Of a stretch of DNA of 64,000 bases, positions 39,546-56,393 are shown piece by piece. Numbering within the stretch: the first letter of the stretch is position 1; each line of letters opens with the position of its first letter. Below the pieces are notes generated by a model, which was not told the DNA's origin, did not search any database, and saw nothing but the letters and a program-made list of their open reading frames with translations. The translations under genes and the position numbers were made by a program. The stretch is from the human T2T-CHM13v2.0 reference genome, Homo sapiens: NCBI RefSeq assembly GCF_009914755.1, contig NC_060939.1, one strand, 5' to 3'.

Positions 39546-41063
39546 ACCTCATTCTTGAAATCAGGAAAAGATACAGTTAAAAAAAATCCATTCTGTGTCT
39601 TGATTACAGTCATGTCAGCTGGGTCAGCCTGGATTGTCAGCAGGATGAGAAACGTAACAGCAAAATCACCTCCCTGGCCCTTGATCCTACGATGTCTGGA
39701 GATCAAAATATTGACCAAGCTGGCACCCTGTCAGTGACACCCAAGGGTCCAAACTCAAATCATTTCACTTATTCATAGTCGCTCATGTATTCAAAGAAAG
39801 CAAAATAATTCATCTTACTTTATTTTCTTTATACTGAAAAGTTGCAGAACTTCATTTTAAAATCAGAAATATACATTGCAATTTTCTTGCAATTTGTTAA
39901 ATTAACACATTTGTTAAATATTATGTTTGTTCTTAGCATGACTGTTAATTATTCAGGGGAGGTGGAGGGATGGAAAACAAAGAACAAATCCAGAACTTTG
40001 GGGCCCAACCTGGGACACCGACTGTGTGGTTAAGTGCTGAAACTCACTGTCAGACTGTGGGGCTTTCTCCGAGGAATTAGAGTTAGGCTAATAACCCAAT
40101 TTGGAATAATTTAAAGCTCTTTTTAGGGAAGTTTTTGACTCAATTGGGCTCATTATGCATAGGTTTAATGCGTAACAATTTGTTCTTGAAAGCTAACATT
40201 ATTGTTGGCAATAAAGATAGGAAGTGGAAATAAGCTTCCAATGTGTAAAGCAGATTTATTTCTCGTTTCATATGGACTTGTTCTGGGTCTCTGCGTGTGA
40301 ATCACACTGTGCTCCCTGCAATAAGATGCTGTCCATGCAGTTGGTTATGATAAATGACCTGTAATTGTGAATCTGATATTGGTTTTCAATATTGAATTTA
40401 TCATTCTGTCCTCTTAACAGCTATTAAATACTTTTAAGAATTTATCCATTTGCCTGATCCACCTGTGATTTTTCAATATGTAAAATTTATTGGTTTCCTA
40501 GTTTTTTGGGATTTTAACGGCCGACAGCATCATTAATAACGCTGAGTAATGGAGCTGACCTCTTTCAAACCTCGTTCCCTTCCACTACTCCAGAACATCA
40601 AAATTGAATCAAAATGGATTTGATGTGGGAACCCAGCAAGAAAACGGCGGCGGTGGGGTGCCTGACTCGAAATGCGGCTGGTGCAGGCCAAGCCACACAC
40701 TGTCTGCTTCGACTCTTCACCTCCAATCCCCGGGCAGAGGGAGCCAGGCCTGGGCTGCCTGGGCCTTCCCAGCCTCCGCCTCCTCCTCCCATTGGATGAG
40801 CCAGCTCAGCAGCCTTCCTCGCCTTGAGCTGCCTCAGTTTCTTCAGTATTGGGTGATTGATGGAAATAATAATGCCGCTTGCCTGGCTCCCTCACGGACA
40901 GCGCTTTGTGAATTAATGAAAGCACACAGACTGTACACACAGAAAGCCCCCTCCCAGACAGCTGCATCGCTGCCCTAGAATTCTCATGAGCTTGACAGGG
41001 AGGGATCTTTGCCCTTCACCATGAGGACAGTGCAACCAGAGGCTGAAACAAATTAGGCCCTGT

Positions 41064-41455
<392 letters not shown>

Positions 41456-41489
41456 TCAGGGTCAGAGCTTTGGGTTATGCCTTTGCTGG

Positions 41490-41491
41490 TT

Positions 41492-41523
<32 letters not shown>

Positions 41524-41790
41524 TGAGACAGAGTCTTGCTCTGTCACCCAGGCTGGAGTGCAGTGGGGAAATCTTGGTTCACTGTAAGCTCAAACTCCTG
41601 GGCTCAAGCAATCCTCTGGCCTCACTCAGCCTTGCAAGAAGCTGGGACTACAGGTGTGTGTCACCATACCAGCCTAATTTTTTTTATTTTTTGTTGCCCG
41701 GGCTGGTATTGAACTCCTGGCCTCAAGCAATCCTCCCATCTCAGCCTCCCAAAGAGTGAGGATTACAAGTTTGAGCCACGGTGACTGGCC
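41490..41790 (-). mobile_element. Alu (AluJ-like)
   Basis: (TTTTG)n tail followed by antisense dimer. Confidence 0.92.
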
Positions 41791-42052
41791 TTTTGTTTTT
41801 CTTAAACCCAGCCTACAAGGCTACATCTCATGGCTCCTGTAGTACTACTCACTGTGTTAATGGGACACAGGCACACAGACCTGCAGAACTGAGTTCTCAA
41901 GTTCAGAGAACATGTTGACCACCAGCCACGGGGGTTCCCTCAGCTGGAGGCCCAGAAGGGCATGAAGGCAGAGCTGTGCACACATGCAGAAGGACAAAGA
42001 GCCTCAGAGCAGGTGGGGGGAGTGGGCAGAAGCTTCCCTGAGGGGGGATCTA

Positions 42053-42442
<390 letters not shown>

Positions 42443-43379
42443 ATTAACCACCTCCCCTGAAGCCTAATTTCATATTCTTGGGGCAGCATAACTGACTTCC
42501 AGTCCAACGGAAATCTATTTCCTTGGAAGTTTTGTCTATTCAAATGGGCTAAGTTCAAATCTATCAGAAAAAACAAAACAAAACAGGAGCTGTCAATAGA
42601 GTCACTGACAGGTGAAAAATTTCCAAAGGGCTCCTGAGACAAGAGGAGATGTGATTTCTACCAAAAGCCACAGGGCCACCTGGTTCCAGACCTAGTCTAG
42701 GAGGCAATAACAGATAAGGCGCTCAGTTCAGACCAAAAGCCAAGTCCCCAAGCTCCCTCTGCAATGCTCCTTCTGCAGCGCTCCTTCTGCCCTACCATGA
42801 CACGATTTACAAACTGCTAGAAAGGAAGATATGCCTTCCCCAAATCCCAGACATTTCAGAACCTTCTGTAGACTCAGCTTTTACTACCAAGGTCTCTCGT
42901 ATACTTTTTGTGTCAATGGCTAACAGCAAAAGGTAATTTTAATCTGACAAATGTTTATTGAGTACCTATGAGTGCCTATGTGCTTGGTGAACTGGGTGAA
43001 CTCCTATGGAGACACACACACAAAAACAAATAAAATACATTCTCTGCCATCAGGCAGGCCTGATAATGGCACTGCACTTAACAATCAATTATGAAACATT
43101 TACTGCACGCCTGGCACTGTGCTGGATGCTGCAAAGGACACAAGGAAAAGAATCATGCTCAGTCGCTTCCCAAGGAGCTTACCTTATTGGAGAGAAAAGA
43201 TCTTCATATACCAACCATGACGACTCATAATGAAATGTTTAGATATGTGGTGGAGGCAGTGAGTACAAAAGAATTGGAAAGGATCAGTGTAGGCTCCAAA
43301 TAATCAAGGTAAACCTTATGGAGTTGGAGGTAATGGAAAAGGATCATGAGAGAAGGATGGGTGGGGACAGTGAGGATAG

Positions 43380-43386
<7 letters not shown>

Positions 43387-43438
<52 letters not shown>
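43387..43438. repeat. (GT)26 perfect microsatellite
   Basis: 52 bp of uninterrupted GT. Confidence 0.97.
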
Positions 43439-43439
<1 letters not shown>

Positions 43440-45837
43440 GTCAGGAATTATTATCTTTATCATTCAGCCTTCAAATATCTGCCCACCCTTTCAGGTACTC
43501 ACTCACACATATCCTACAAAAGAAAGGGTCAACAAACATTAATGGAGAACCTGCCTCATGCCAGGAGGCATTTTGCACTTAGATCCATTACCATATGCAC
43601 CCTTCCCAACCACCACCCTGCCAAGTAGACATCATGTCCCTCTTTTATAGAAGAGGACCCCAGAGTTCAAAGGGTATGTCATTTGCCCAAGACTGCTTCA
43701 CCAGCAATTGGCCAAGCTGGGACTCAAACCAAGGTCTTGGCCTCCAATGCTCATATTTTTTACCATTGAATCACATGGACTCTAGGAAGAAGTGGCAGTA
43801 CCCCAAGAACACAATGCTGGACCAGAATCTAAAAGGAAAAGGAGGAGGAAGGGAAATGGCATATAATGACTGTCAGGCCAGGTGCTATGGTGGGCAAGAA
43901 AGAGCAACCAGTAGACCATTCACCTTTGGAGACAGCCACTACTGCATTCCCTTGGGACATTTCCTGGAGCTGCCATCCCAACTTTGACTTCCAACCATGA
44001 TGGCTGCTACTTTTGGCAAAACACCAGTCCTCTAGAGGACATAGGGCTCTCTCCTGCAGGAGCTGGAGTCCTCACTGAGGCTTATTATCCTTCATCCAGA
44101 GCAAGGCAAGCTTAGTTAGGTTTGGTGCCCAGACCTGGGCCATCTCAGAGCTATGTTATCTTCCAAAGTATGGGAGGGAAAAACCCTCACTGAATCAGAA
44201 AATACATCTTTTCAGTACTTAAATGGGTCCTGTTTTAAGCCAAAATCAGTGTAATTAAATAAGAAAATAAGACCAAGTATACCCCCCACTGTCATTAATT
44301 ATGAGCAAGAGGAGACGGAAGAAACTCTGGTATAGTTTATTTAAAAGGTGCAATCCTGAAGTGAGACAAAAAAAAAAAAAAGAAGAAGAAAAGAGAGAAA
44401 GAATAATTAAAATGAAGGTATCATTATTGTTTCTTTAAAGGATCTCGTTGGACAGAGGGGTCTGATTGACAGACAAGACACATGAGGTTCTCAGAGTGAC
44501 TGTTCTGAAGATGAATATGCAGGAAGCCCTGGCCTCTAGGACCTCTTGCCTACCTCCCACAGCCTTTCTAAGCAACCGGGAGAGTAGGAAAAACACCGAG
44601 GGGCAGAGTCTGCTGGACAAGGACCCTGCCCCTGGGCATGTTAATGTCAATCATAAGAAATGCTTAAGTCTCTGAAGCTCTCTTGGCATACAGGGGGTGA
44701 AGCTACTACATTTCTATTATCATCGTTATGGCTGCTATTATTAACATTTATCCAGTACCAACATTTTACTTAGCACAGCACAAAGTGTAAAGGAAGATCC
44801 AGCATCTGCTTTGAAAATAAACATCTAGGCTCCCCCACAGATTTGTGCCCCAGCAGAGGAACCAGCCTTTAGCCACTCAGGGACACTCCACAGCCCCACC
44901 TCCACCTCCATCTCCAACACTATGTCTCCATTTTCCTTGGGCTACTACGTCAGGTCTTCTGGAATCTGTTCAGCGTTCCAAGGCCCTGGCTGGGTTGCAT
45001 GACCCTCTGTGGCCAAAGTCAGGGTTCAAAGAACCAGGCAGAGAGCAGAAACAGACATGAACAACCAGGACTCTGAGACAGAGCTAGAGCAGGCAGGGTG
45101 CATGGCGAAAGAAAGCACCGTGCTTTCTCACGACTCACGTGTGAGTCAAACTAAATGCTTCACTTAATGTCACCACTCTACTGCTCCAGTCGCCTTGTTT
45201 TTCTTATCACCTCATCATGCAACCTCACACTTTACGAATCCTCTCATACACTTTAAAACTCAAGACCCACACCATAGTAAATTTTATCTGTACAAGTCTT
45301 TGGAACACGAAAGCATTGACAAGTGTCCATGGCCATCTAAGAAATGTACAAATATTATATATACACATCAGTTCCTCAAGCAAAAGTCCCACTTCCCACT
45401 GCCAAATGTTATTTTTTACAGCAGCTCTGCAAGATGAGTGAAGGCGTATATTTCACCAGAGTGAGCCACTTTTTATAGAGTGGGGGAGAAAAAAGAAGCC
45501 CAAACGCTTTTATTGCTTTCTAACCAACAGGATTTCTGGATGCAAATGAATGAATCACCTCTGTGACGATTGGCTGCCTGAGTTTCCTTGTCACACTTGG
45601 AGCAGGCTCGGTGGATGTGACTTGTATCCTCATGAGTCCAAGGCAAGATAAAGGACTGACATTGCTACCAGTGAGTTATGAGATTTGTCTTTATCAGTGA
45701 AAATAAGGTCATAACGCAGCCCAGCCATCGCCTATTATATGTGGCTTCCATCTACTTTTCTGTATAATGTGATCCACTGTGCAAGGTGATTTGGAGAAGC
45801 CCAGTGAATAAATTAGTCATTTTTAAAAGCTGCGTTA

Positions 45838-46278
<441 letters not shown>

Positions 46279-46437
46279 GAGAAAAAAAAGTAATATGGTG
46301 ACCCACAGCTGGATCCCAGTTAGAAAGCTAACCAATCATGGGATTGAGTTCCTGGCAGCTATTTCTTAAGAGAATGCATAACAAAATCATTCATTCATCC
46401 CTCACCTGTTAATTGTGATTTAAAAAATAATAAGATC

Positions 46438-46727
<290 letters not shown>

Positions 46728-46729
46728 AG

Positions 46730-46840
46730 GAAGAAGAAGAAGAAGAGGAGGAGGACGAGAAGGAGGAAGAGGAAGAGGAAGAAGAAGAAGAAGAGGAAGA
46801 GGAAGAAGAAGAAGAAGAGGAAGAAGAAGAGGAAGAAGAA
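46730..46840. repeat. Interrupted (GAA/GAG)37 trinucleotide repeat
   Basis: 37 in-phase triplets, mostly GAA or GAG, with one GAC and one AAG. Confidence 0.93.
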
Positions 46841-47659
46841 AATTCAGCATTAGCTTAGTTTATGGAGTGATTTCTCCATGTGAGGCACTGTGTGGACCTC
46901 TGAAGTCTCAGTTCTTCCAAAAGTTTGAGAGGGGTCAACATGCTTTACATTATGGGAGTTCTTTAAGAGGAGACGAATGATGAGGAAATTCATAGGTGTT
47001 TTCTGAAACACTGCACAAGTTGACACTAAATCTCATGAAAAATGATGCTTTTGATGTGCAGGATTTAAAAAGATAAAAATAAAAGATTCTGAAAGTGGTT
47101 TCTCCTCCACACAGCCTTTGGTCTGGAATTTGCACATTTGGTTTTCCTGTAGCTACTTCTGCAAAAACAAGCGCACCTACTCACTGTCACAACACAGTAG
47201 GCTAAATTTTCTCAACAAATATATTCTTTGTTCTCTTCCACAGTAACAACAAAGCTTTGAGAGTCAGCAGAGGGCAAGGGAAACACAGAAAGAACACAGA
47301 CACAGGGCTTGATCTTCAAGGAGTTCAAATACGATTCACTGAATAAATAATTACTGAGCATCTACTCTCTACTCAGCTAACCGTTCTTTTCAGACACAAG
47401 CAAATTCATGGGGAAAAACAACTGAGAGCCTTTTCCCCCCCAATATACAAAGAATCTAACCCATTCATTCATTCAACATGTGTTTATTGAAAACCTAATA
47501 CAGTATGTGCCAGGCATTGTTCCAAGCCCTTGGGGGAAAGTAAACAGAATAAAGTTCCTGCCCTCATGGATCTTACACCCAATGTGGGAGACAGACAATA
47601 AACAAACGCATACATAACATATGCATATCTTACACATAATATACATTTATAATGAGAAG

Positions 47660-47723
47660 CGCATAATAATAATATAATATAATATAATATAATATAATAT
47701 AATAATAATATAATATAATATAA
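47660..47723. repeat. (ATAAT)n / (AAT)n AT-rich microsatellite
   Basis: ATAATATAATATAATATAAT... Confidence 0.9.
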
Positions 47724-47888
47724 TTCTGGACCCCAACTGCCTCGGTTCAAACCCCACCTTTGTCAATTACTAGCTGTTGAACTTTAGAGAACTTATTTAA
47801 CGTTTGATGTCTATTTTTCTTATCTGTAAAATGGGGATAATAATAATAATACCTAATCCACAGAGCTGCTGTTAAGATAGTTATGTCA

Positions 47889-48960
<1,072 letters not shown>

Positions 48961-49525
48961 CTATTTAGATTGAGTGGTTAGCGAAGGCCTCTCTGAAGGA
49001 GACGACATTTGAGCAGAGGCCTGAATGAAGTGAGGGCACAAGTCATGTTAATAACCAGAGAAAAGCATTTTTGGCAAAGGGAATAACAAGTGCAAAATCG
49101 TTGAGGCAGGGTCATGCTTGGGGTGACAAGGAACAGCAAGATGCTAAAAATGGCTCAAGCAGAGGGAGGGGGAAGAATGGCAGGAAATGAAATTGATGAG
49201 GTAGCTATGGGCCTGGTTATATGAGGCCTCGCAGGCCATAAGAAGGGGTCTTGGATGTTGTTCTAAGAGGAATGAAAAGTCAGTGGAGTGTTCTGAGCAA
49301 GGGAGTGACAAAATGTATGTTTTAAAGTCTTCTGCATATGGTGGTTCCTTAAAAAATTGAAAATAGAATTACAATATAATCCAGCAATTTTACTTCTGGG
49401 TATATACCTAAGAAAATGGAAAGCTGAGTCTTGAAGAGATATGTGTATACCCATGTTCTCAACAGCATTACTCACAATAGCCAAAAGGTGGAAACCACCC
49501 AAAGTGTCAATCGACAGACGCATGA

Positions 49526-49870
<345 letters not shown>

Positions 49871-49904
49871 TGGAATATTATTTGTCTTAAAGAGGAAGAA
49901 AACT

Positions 49905-50243
<339 letters not shown>

Positions 50244-50502
50244 TTATGCTAAATGAAATAAGCCAGTCACAAAAAGACAAATACTGTATAATTCCACTTA
50301 AGTGAGGAATTTAAGAGTTAAGTTCATAGAAAAAGAAAGTAGAATGGTGGTTGCTGGGCCTGGAGAGAGGGGAAAATGGGGAGTTATTGTTTAACAGATA
50401 CAGAGTTTCAGATTTGCAAGATGAAAAGTGTTCTGGAGATTGGTTGCACAATAATGTGAATATACTTAACAATACTGAACTATACTTAAAAATGGTTAAG
50501 GT

Positions 50503-50970
50503 GGCTGGGTGCAGTGGCTCATGTCTGTAATCCCAACATTTTGGGAGGCCGAGGTGGGCAGATCACCTGAGGTCAGGAGGTCGAGACCAGCCTGGCAGAC
50601 GTGGCAAAACCCTGTCTCTACTAAAAATACAAAAATTAGCCAGGCGTGGTGCCACATGCCTATAATCCAGCTTACAGCTTTGGGAGGGTGAGGTTGCAGT
50701 GAGCCAAGATTATGCCACTGCACTCCAGGCTGGACCACAGAGCAAGACTCCATTTCAAAAAAAATAAAAAACAAAACCAAAAAAAAGGTTAAGGTGAAGC
50801 CAGGCACAGTGGTGCACACCTTTAGTCCCAGCTACTTGGGAGGTTGAGGCAGGAGCATCACTTGAGCCCAGGAGTTTGAGGCTATAGTGTGCTGTAATTG
50901 CACTTGTAGAGAGCCACTGCGCTCCAGCCTAGACAACACAGTAAGTCCCTGTCTCTAAGAAAAGAAAAAA
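50503..50970 (+). mobile_element. Alu with internal deletion (50503-50786) and Alu monomer (50799-50970)
   Basis: Both flanked by copies of GGTTAAG from the L1 target. Confidence 0.88.
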
Positions 50971-51074
50971 GGTTAAGATGGTGAATTTTATGTTATGAGT
51001 ATTTTACCACAATTTTTTTAAATCTTCTGGAAAATAGATTGGTGACAAGTGTGGAATTAGGGAGACCCCTTAGA

Positions 51075-51531
51075 TGTTTTAGTTATCTATTGCTATGTAA
51101 AAAACTAACCCAAAACTAAGTGTCTTAAAACAACCACCATTTTATTATCTCTTATTATTCTACAGGTCAGTAGGGCTCAGCTAGGTGGTTCTTCTGCTCC
51201 ACCAGGGGACAGTAAAAAGTTATGGGGGCAGTAAAAAGTTGGGCTCAGCTGGGACTCTCTCACTCCATGCAGTCTGAGGCCTCTTCCTCTTCATGTGGTC
51301 TCTTCACTTAGAATCTCTGGCAGAGATACTAGTACCTAGACTTCATACAGGTAGCTCAGGGGTCTCAGAAGTATAAAATCCTTCTCAATACTTAGGTCAG
51401 AAACACACAGCATCACATCCTCCACATTCTATGGGCTAAAATGAGTCACAGGTGAGCTGAGATGTCCATGTTGTACAAGCAGTCCTTGAGGACTGCTTCA
51501 TTGAGGACCATCTTTGTAGTCCAGCCATACA
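51075..51531 (-). mobile_element. MLT1-type MaLR LTR
   Basis: TGTTTTAGTTATCTATTGCT...CTTAAAACAAC start (reverse 3' end); CACATTCTATGGGCTAAAATGAGTCACAG; CCATCTTTG...CATACA end. Confidence 0.7.
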
Positions 51532-52630
51532 GGAGACCACTGCAGCAATCCAGGTGACAAAGAATGAAGGATTAGAGCAGGCTAATAGCAGCGAAGGTGA
51601 TAAGAAATGGTTGATTTGAAATATATTTTAAAGATAGAATCTGTGAGATTTGCTGATGGGTCAGATATGAAGTAAGAGGAAAAAAGGAGTCAAGGATGAG
51701 TCTAAGTTTTGGGCCAAAGCCACTGAATGAGTGGTGGTCTCAGGCATTAATCAGGCAGCAAAGCATCACCAAAAGCTGCAGACTTGGAGCCTTGGAATTA
51801 AGTCCTTCCTCTTTTGTTTAATTACCATATTGCCCTAGTAACCCCATCTCTCTGGAGTTCTCCTTCCTGATCTGAAAGATGAGGATGATAATACCTGCTC
51901 ACCCTGTCCTGTAAGGTCATCACAGGATCAGATGAAATCTTGAATGTAACTACAATTGTCTTGAGTTTGTTACACACGCAGTGGCCACAGAAAAACCACC
52001 ACCTTGAAATTACAAAATCCAGTTCCAGTCCCAGGTCTGTCTTAGATTTGCTGAAGGAACTTGGGCAAGTCATTGAACCTTGCCTTGACTGTCCCTTAGC
52101 TGTAAAATCAGACAGCCCATTATATCTGTCCTGCCTATGCCAAAGAAATTTTTGTGAAAATTAATCACAAAAACATGAAACACATTTTTGAAAAGGCATA
52201 AAATGGCAAGTAAAAGGTATTATTATTGCATCGCTAATTACAGACCTAATATCTAGGCTCGGGGAAAATAAAATCCTTGGAGTCTATAAAATCCACCCAT
52301 TCTCATTTGACCCAGGGGTTCCAGGCTTGGCTTGAGGAACAGCCAAGGGAGAATACCATTCGGAGGTGCTGTAAAATACAACACATAATTGCAAGTCAAT
52401 CATACACATGGCATGAGGGTTGGTGAGTTATTCATCATAATGGAATACAGATAACAAGCTTATATTTGTAGCACTTTGACTCTAAGGGAAATTGTTTTGT
52501 TGCTTGATTTTTTAATGCACTGGAAAATCAAGGGGTGAAAGTAGCAGGTCATGTCACAGAAGCAAAGAAACCACAGGAACTGAGGGAATAAAGGCCCAAA
52601 TAAACAGCTCTCTTCAAAAGTGAGTGTGTG

Positions 52631-53314
<684 letters not shown>

Positions 53315-54695
53315 TCAGCATCTCCAGTAGCCACAGACAGCTTTTGGGTTTTAAGGTCTCATCTGAAAGACACCCACACACAAAATAGCCTAGTATTCAA
53401 TTTATTCTCTGTAGAAGAATAAAAGACCGAGTCAATGCTGCAAGGATGTGAACTTGGTTTTGGAGGCAGTCGGGAGCGGCCGTCTAAACACTAAACCATC
53501 CCCTTCAGGCAGGGAGCACATATATACTAAAGGACGGGGAAAGCAGTCATTCCTTTTAGAAAGAGTGCTTCTGTTTTCATTATCATTTAAGGCTGTAGTC
53601 AGTGTTGAACAATAATAAGAAGCTGGCATGGGGAAAAAATGCACCCAAATCACAGGTGTACACAATAAAAATGCTATTATAGACTTTTGTGAATATAAAT
53701 AATTTTTTAAATGAGGCTGCTAAGACTGGCATCCCAGATGCTACCTGAAAAAGAGTCATGTTTATATATTCCAGCAGTTGCACCAGTCACCAGTCTCGGA
53801 TTGCTACCACAGAACGGACTGGGTCATTCTTTTGGCATGAATATCAATGCAGACTGGCTGTGGGACAAAGAAGGAAGACGCGGATCGAAGTGGAGAGAGC
53901 ACAAAGGGCAGAGAAAAGGGACTTGATGCTCAAAGGGGAGAAATTGAAGAGGACAAAGGAATAGGAAGAATGAAAGGCAATAAGGACTGGCTTACTGGGA
54001 ATCCTGCTAAACTATACAGCCTCAATTGTACCTAAGCATGGGCTTCACTTCCTGATTTTGTCTTTGCGTTTAGCAACAAACCCAGATGGTCAGGGTGCAA
54101 ATTTCTTTGCTTTCCTCTGTTCTGGTGGAGGCACTGCAATAATAAATGAGTATTCAGCAGAAGCATAATAATGCTGGCTTTATCAGAGTTACCCCATGTA
54201 CACATGAGCTCGTAGATGTCAAGGGGGCCTAGTCCTGGTCACAAAACGGGGGCACATTGGAATTCCATGTGGAGGTCAAACGTCAATGTGAGTGATGTAA
54301 AGTGGGCAAAAGGAAGGGCTTCCTGACAGCGGGGAGTGGGGAACACAGGAGGCATAGTCAGAAGAGCTGGTGGAATCCCAGAGATATGGGTCTGCCCAGA
54401 GGAGGAGATACAGGCTAGAGCAACCTCCGCATTCCCTTTTGAATTGTCCAGGTACAAAACACTTAGTCAGTCGGGCAAGGATGCTTGGTGGGTGGTATGC
54501 TGGACCTAAGAATACTGACCACCAGCTGGAGAAGGCGTGGGGAGCTTGAACATCTATCAAGTGAGCTTCAGCATCCTCAGTAGATCCTATCAGGCACTGG
54601 TGTTGAGTCCTTAGGGCATGAGTAAAGAGATGAGCACATGCAGGTGGAAACCACCAGCCGGCAGTTGAGGAAGTGGGACTGGAACTGGATCACTG

Positions 54696-54831
54696 CTGTC
54701 TCTAGAAAAAATACAAAATTTAGCCGGGCATGGTGGTGCATGCCTGTAGTCCCAGCTACTCTGGAGGCTGAGGCAGGAGTATCATCTGAGCCTGGGAAAT
54801 GAAGGCTGCAGTGACCAAGATGGCGCCACTG
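54696..54831 (+). mobile_element. Headless, tailless internal Alu fragment, probable local copy of the Alu at 52631-53241
   Basis: About 109/120 ungapped identity to 53066-53185 with shared unusual variants; flanked by ACTGGATCA repeats. Confidence 0.8.
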
Positions 54832-54899
54832 GATCATCTGGATGCCCCATCAGGGCCTCTAAGCAGGACTCAAAACAGTCTGCTCTTCTTGCCCTCTCC

Positions 54900-55712
54900 C
54901 AAAGGACCTCTCTCCACACTTGGCTCCTTAAGCTAGTGGCACCACCATTGTCCTAGTTTCTGGCTCCAAACCTAGAGTCATCCATGCCTCATATGCTGTT
55001 GCTGCTGCTGCTGCTGCTGCTATTGCGCCCCCTCCACTCATTGCAATCTGTCTTCCGCCAAGTCCTTAGGACTTCTCTCCCCTCCATCCTTTCTTTTCAA
55101 GCCCTTCTGGCCTTCTCATGCTTAAGTCATTTCTCCTCTGCAGAAGCTTCCCCTTATTCTCTCATTCCCTTCATCCTTCCAGATCACCCTGGCATCACCT
55201 CCAGATTGATCTTCTAATACACTACTTGGATCATACCATTCCTCGGCTCAAAAGCTTTCCAGGGTTCCCCAGTGCCTACAGGACACAGCCTGCCATTTGA
55301 GACTCTCCCCAGTCCTCCTGCCTGAAACTTTCTAACCTAACCCTCTGTCACAGCCAAAGCCACCTTCCATTTTCCCATTGCCACATATCTGCTGCTGTTA
55401 CAATTTCTGCTCTGCCTAGACACGGTTTAGTCACCATCTCCACTGCTTGGTCTCACCCTGCCTGAAATATTTCTCTTCCCTGAATGCACAATACAGAGTC
55501 TCTACCATTCTTCTGGCAATTTGTCACTCACTACCTGTGACATCTCATCTGTTATACATAACATTGTGCTATTACTTAACGTTTTGTCTCTTTCCCCACA
55601 TCCCCGTCGGGTTGGAATTTTTTTGGTCTGCAAGCACCATCCAGGTTTTAATTTTTTATGTACCCTAGCCTAGTACCCTGAACAGAGTAAGTGCTCACTA
55701 AATATTTATTAA
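54900..55712 (+). mobile_element. L2 relic containing (GCT)7 at 55001-55021
   Basis: CTCAAAAGCTTTCCAGGGTTCCCCAGTGCCTACAGGA; end GAGTAAGTGCTCACTAAATATTTATT. Confidence 0.6.
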
Positions 55713-56393
55713 TTTAGGAGACGGGAACCTTACGAACATTCTTCACTGACTTCCAAAAGGCTTTAGCCCCCATTGAGGCAACACTCTCCATGACCCAGGG
55801 CAAGCATCCCACCTCCTCTGACTTACGGCTCAGCTCCAGTGAAAAATTCAAGAGCTTTTCTAGAAATGCCTGCCACAAGTCAAGGTAGCTTCCAGCAAGA
55901 TTTCATGAAGGTCCCAGGTTTTAACCCAATAAGGTGGAGGCTAATTTTGGCTCGTGACTCATTAATCTCCACAATTGGGGTTAGGAAGACAGGCCCTGCC
56001 CTCATATTGCAAAAGCACATCCTTACCCCCCTCCCCCCGGGTACACACATGCCCCACTGTGCACAGACACAGGCCAAGGCAATATAATCATCCATGGCAC
56101 AATTTTGAAACTTCGTTCCCAAATAGCCCATGGAACTGAATTTCTGATATCTGAGTGCATACACGGATGTGCATTTTCTATTACTTGTTTAGGCAGACTA
56201 TAAAACATCACTACTGAGGAGTCACCAATTGATGAACAGGTCGCAGGCTTCAAGTTCATGGGTTGGCTATTTGGAACTTAGAAGTGTTTTTCCCTGAAAG
56301 CAAGAGTGCCTGGGTTTTCCAGCCAACCTACACAAACCCATTTAACCCTTAATGTACTGCATTATAATACCACAAAGTGATTTTTATTCTATT

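Noticed and set aside
46730-46840. Poly-Glu-like reading of the GAA/GAG tract
   Set aside because: It abuts an Alu tail with no start codon or splice context.
54984-55217. ORF with a poly-Leu signal-peptide-like start
   Set aside because: The Leu run comes from a (GCT)7 microsatellite within an L2 relic.
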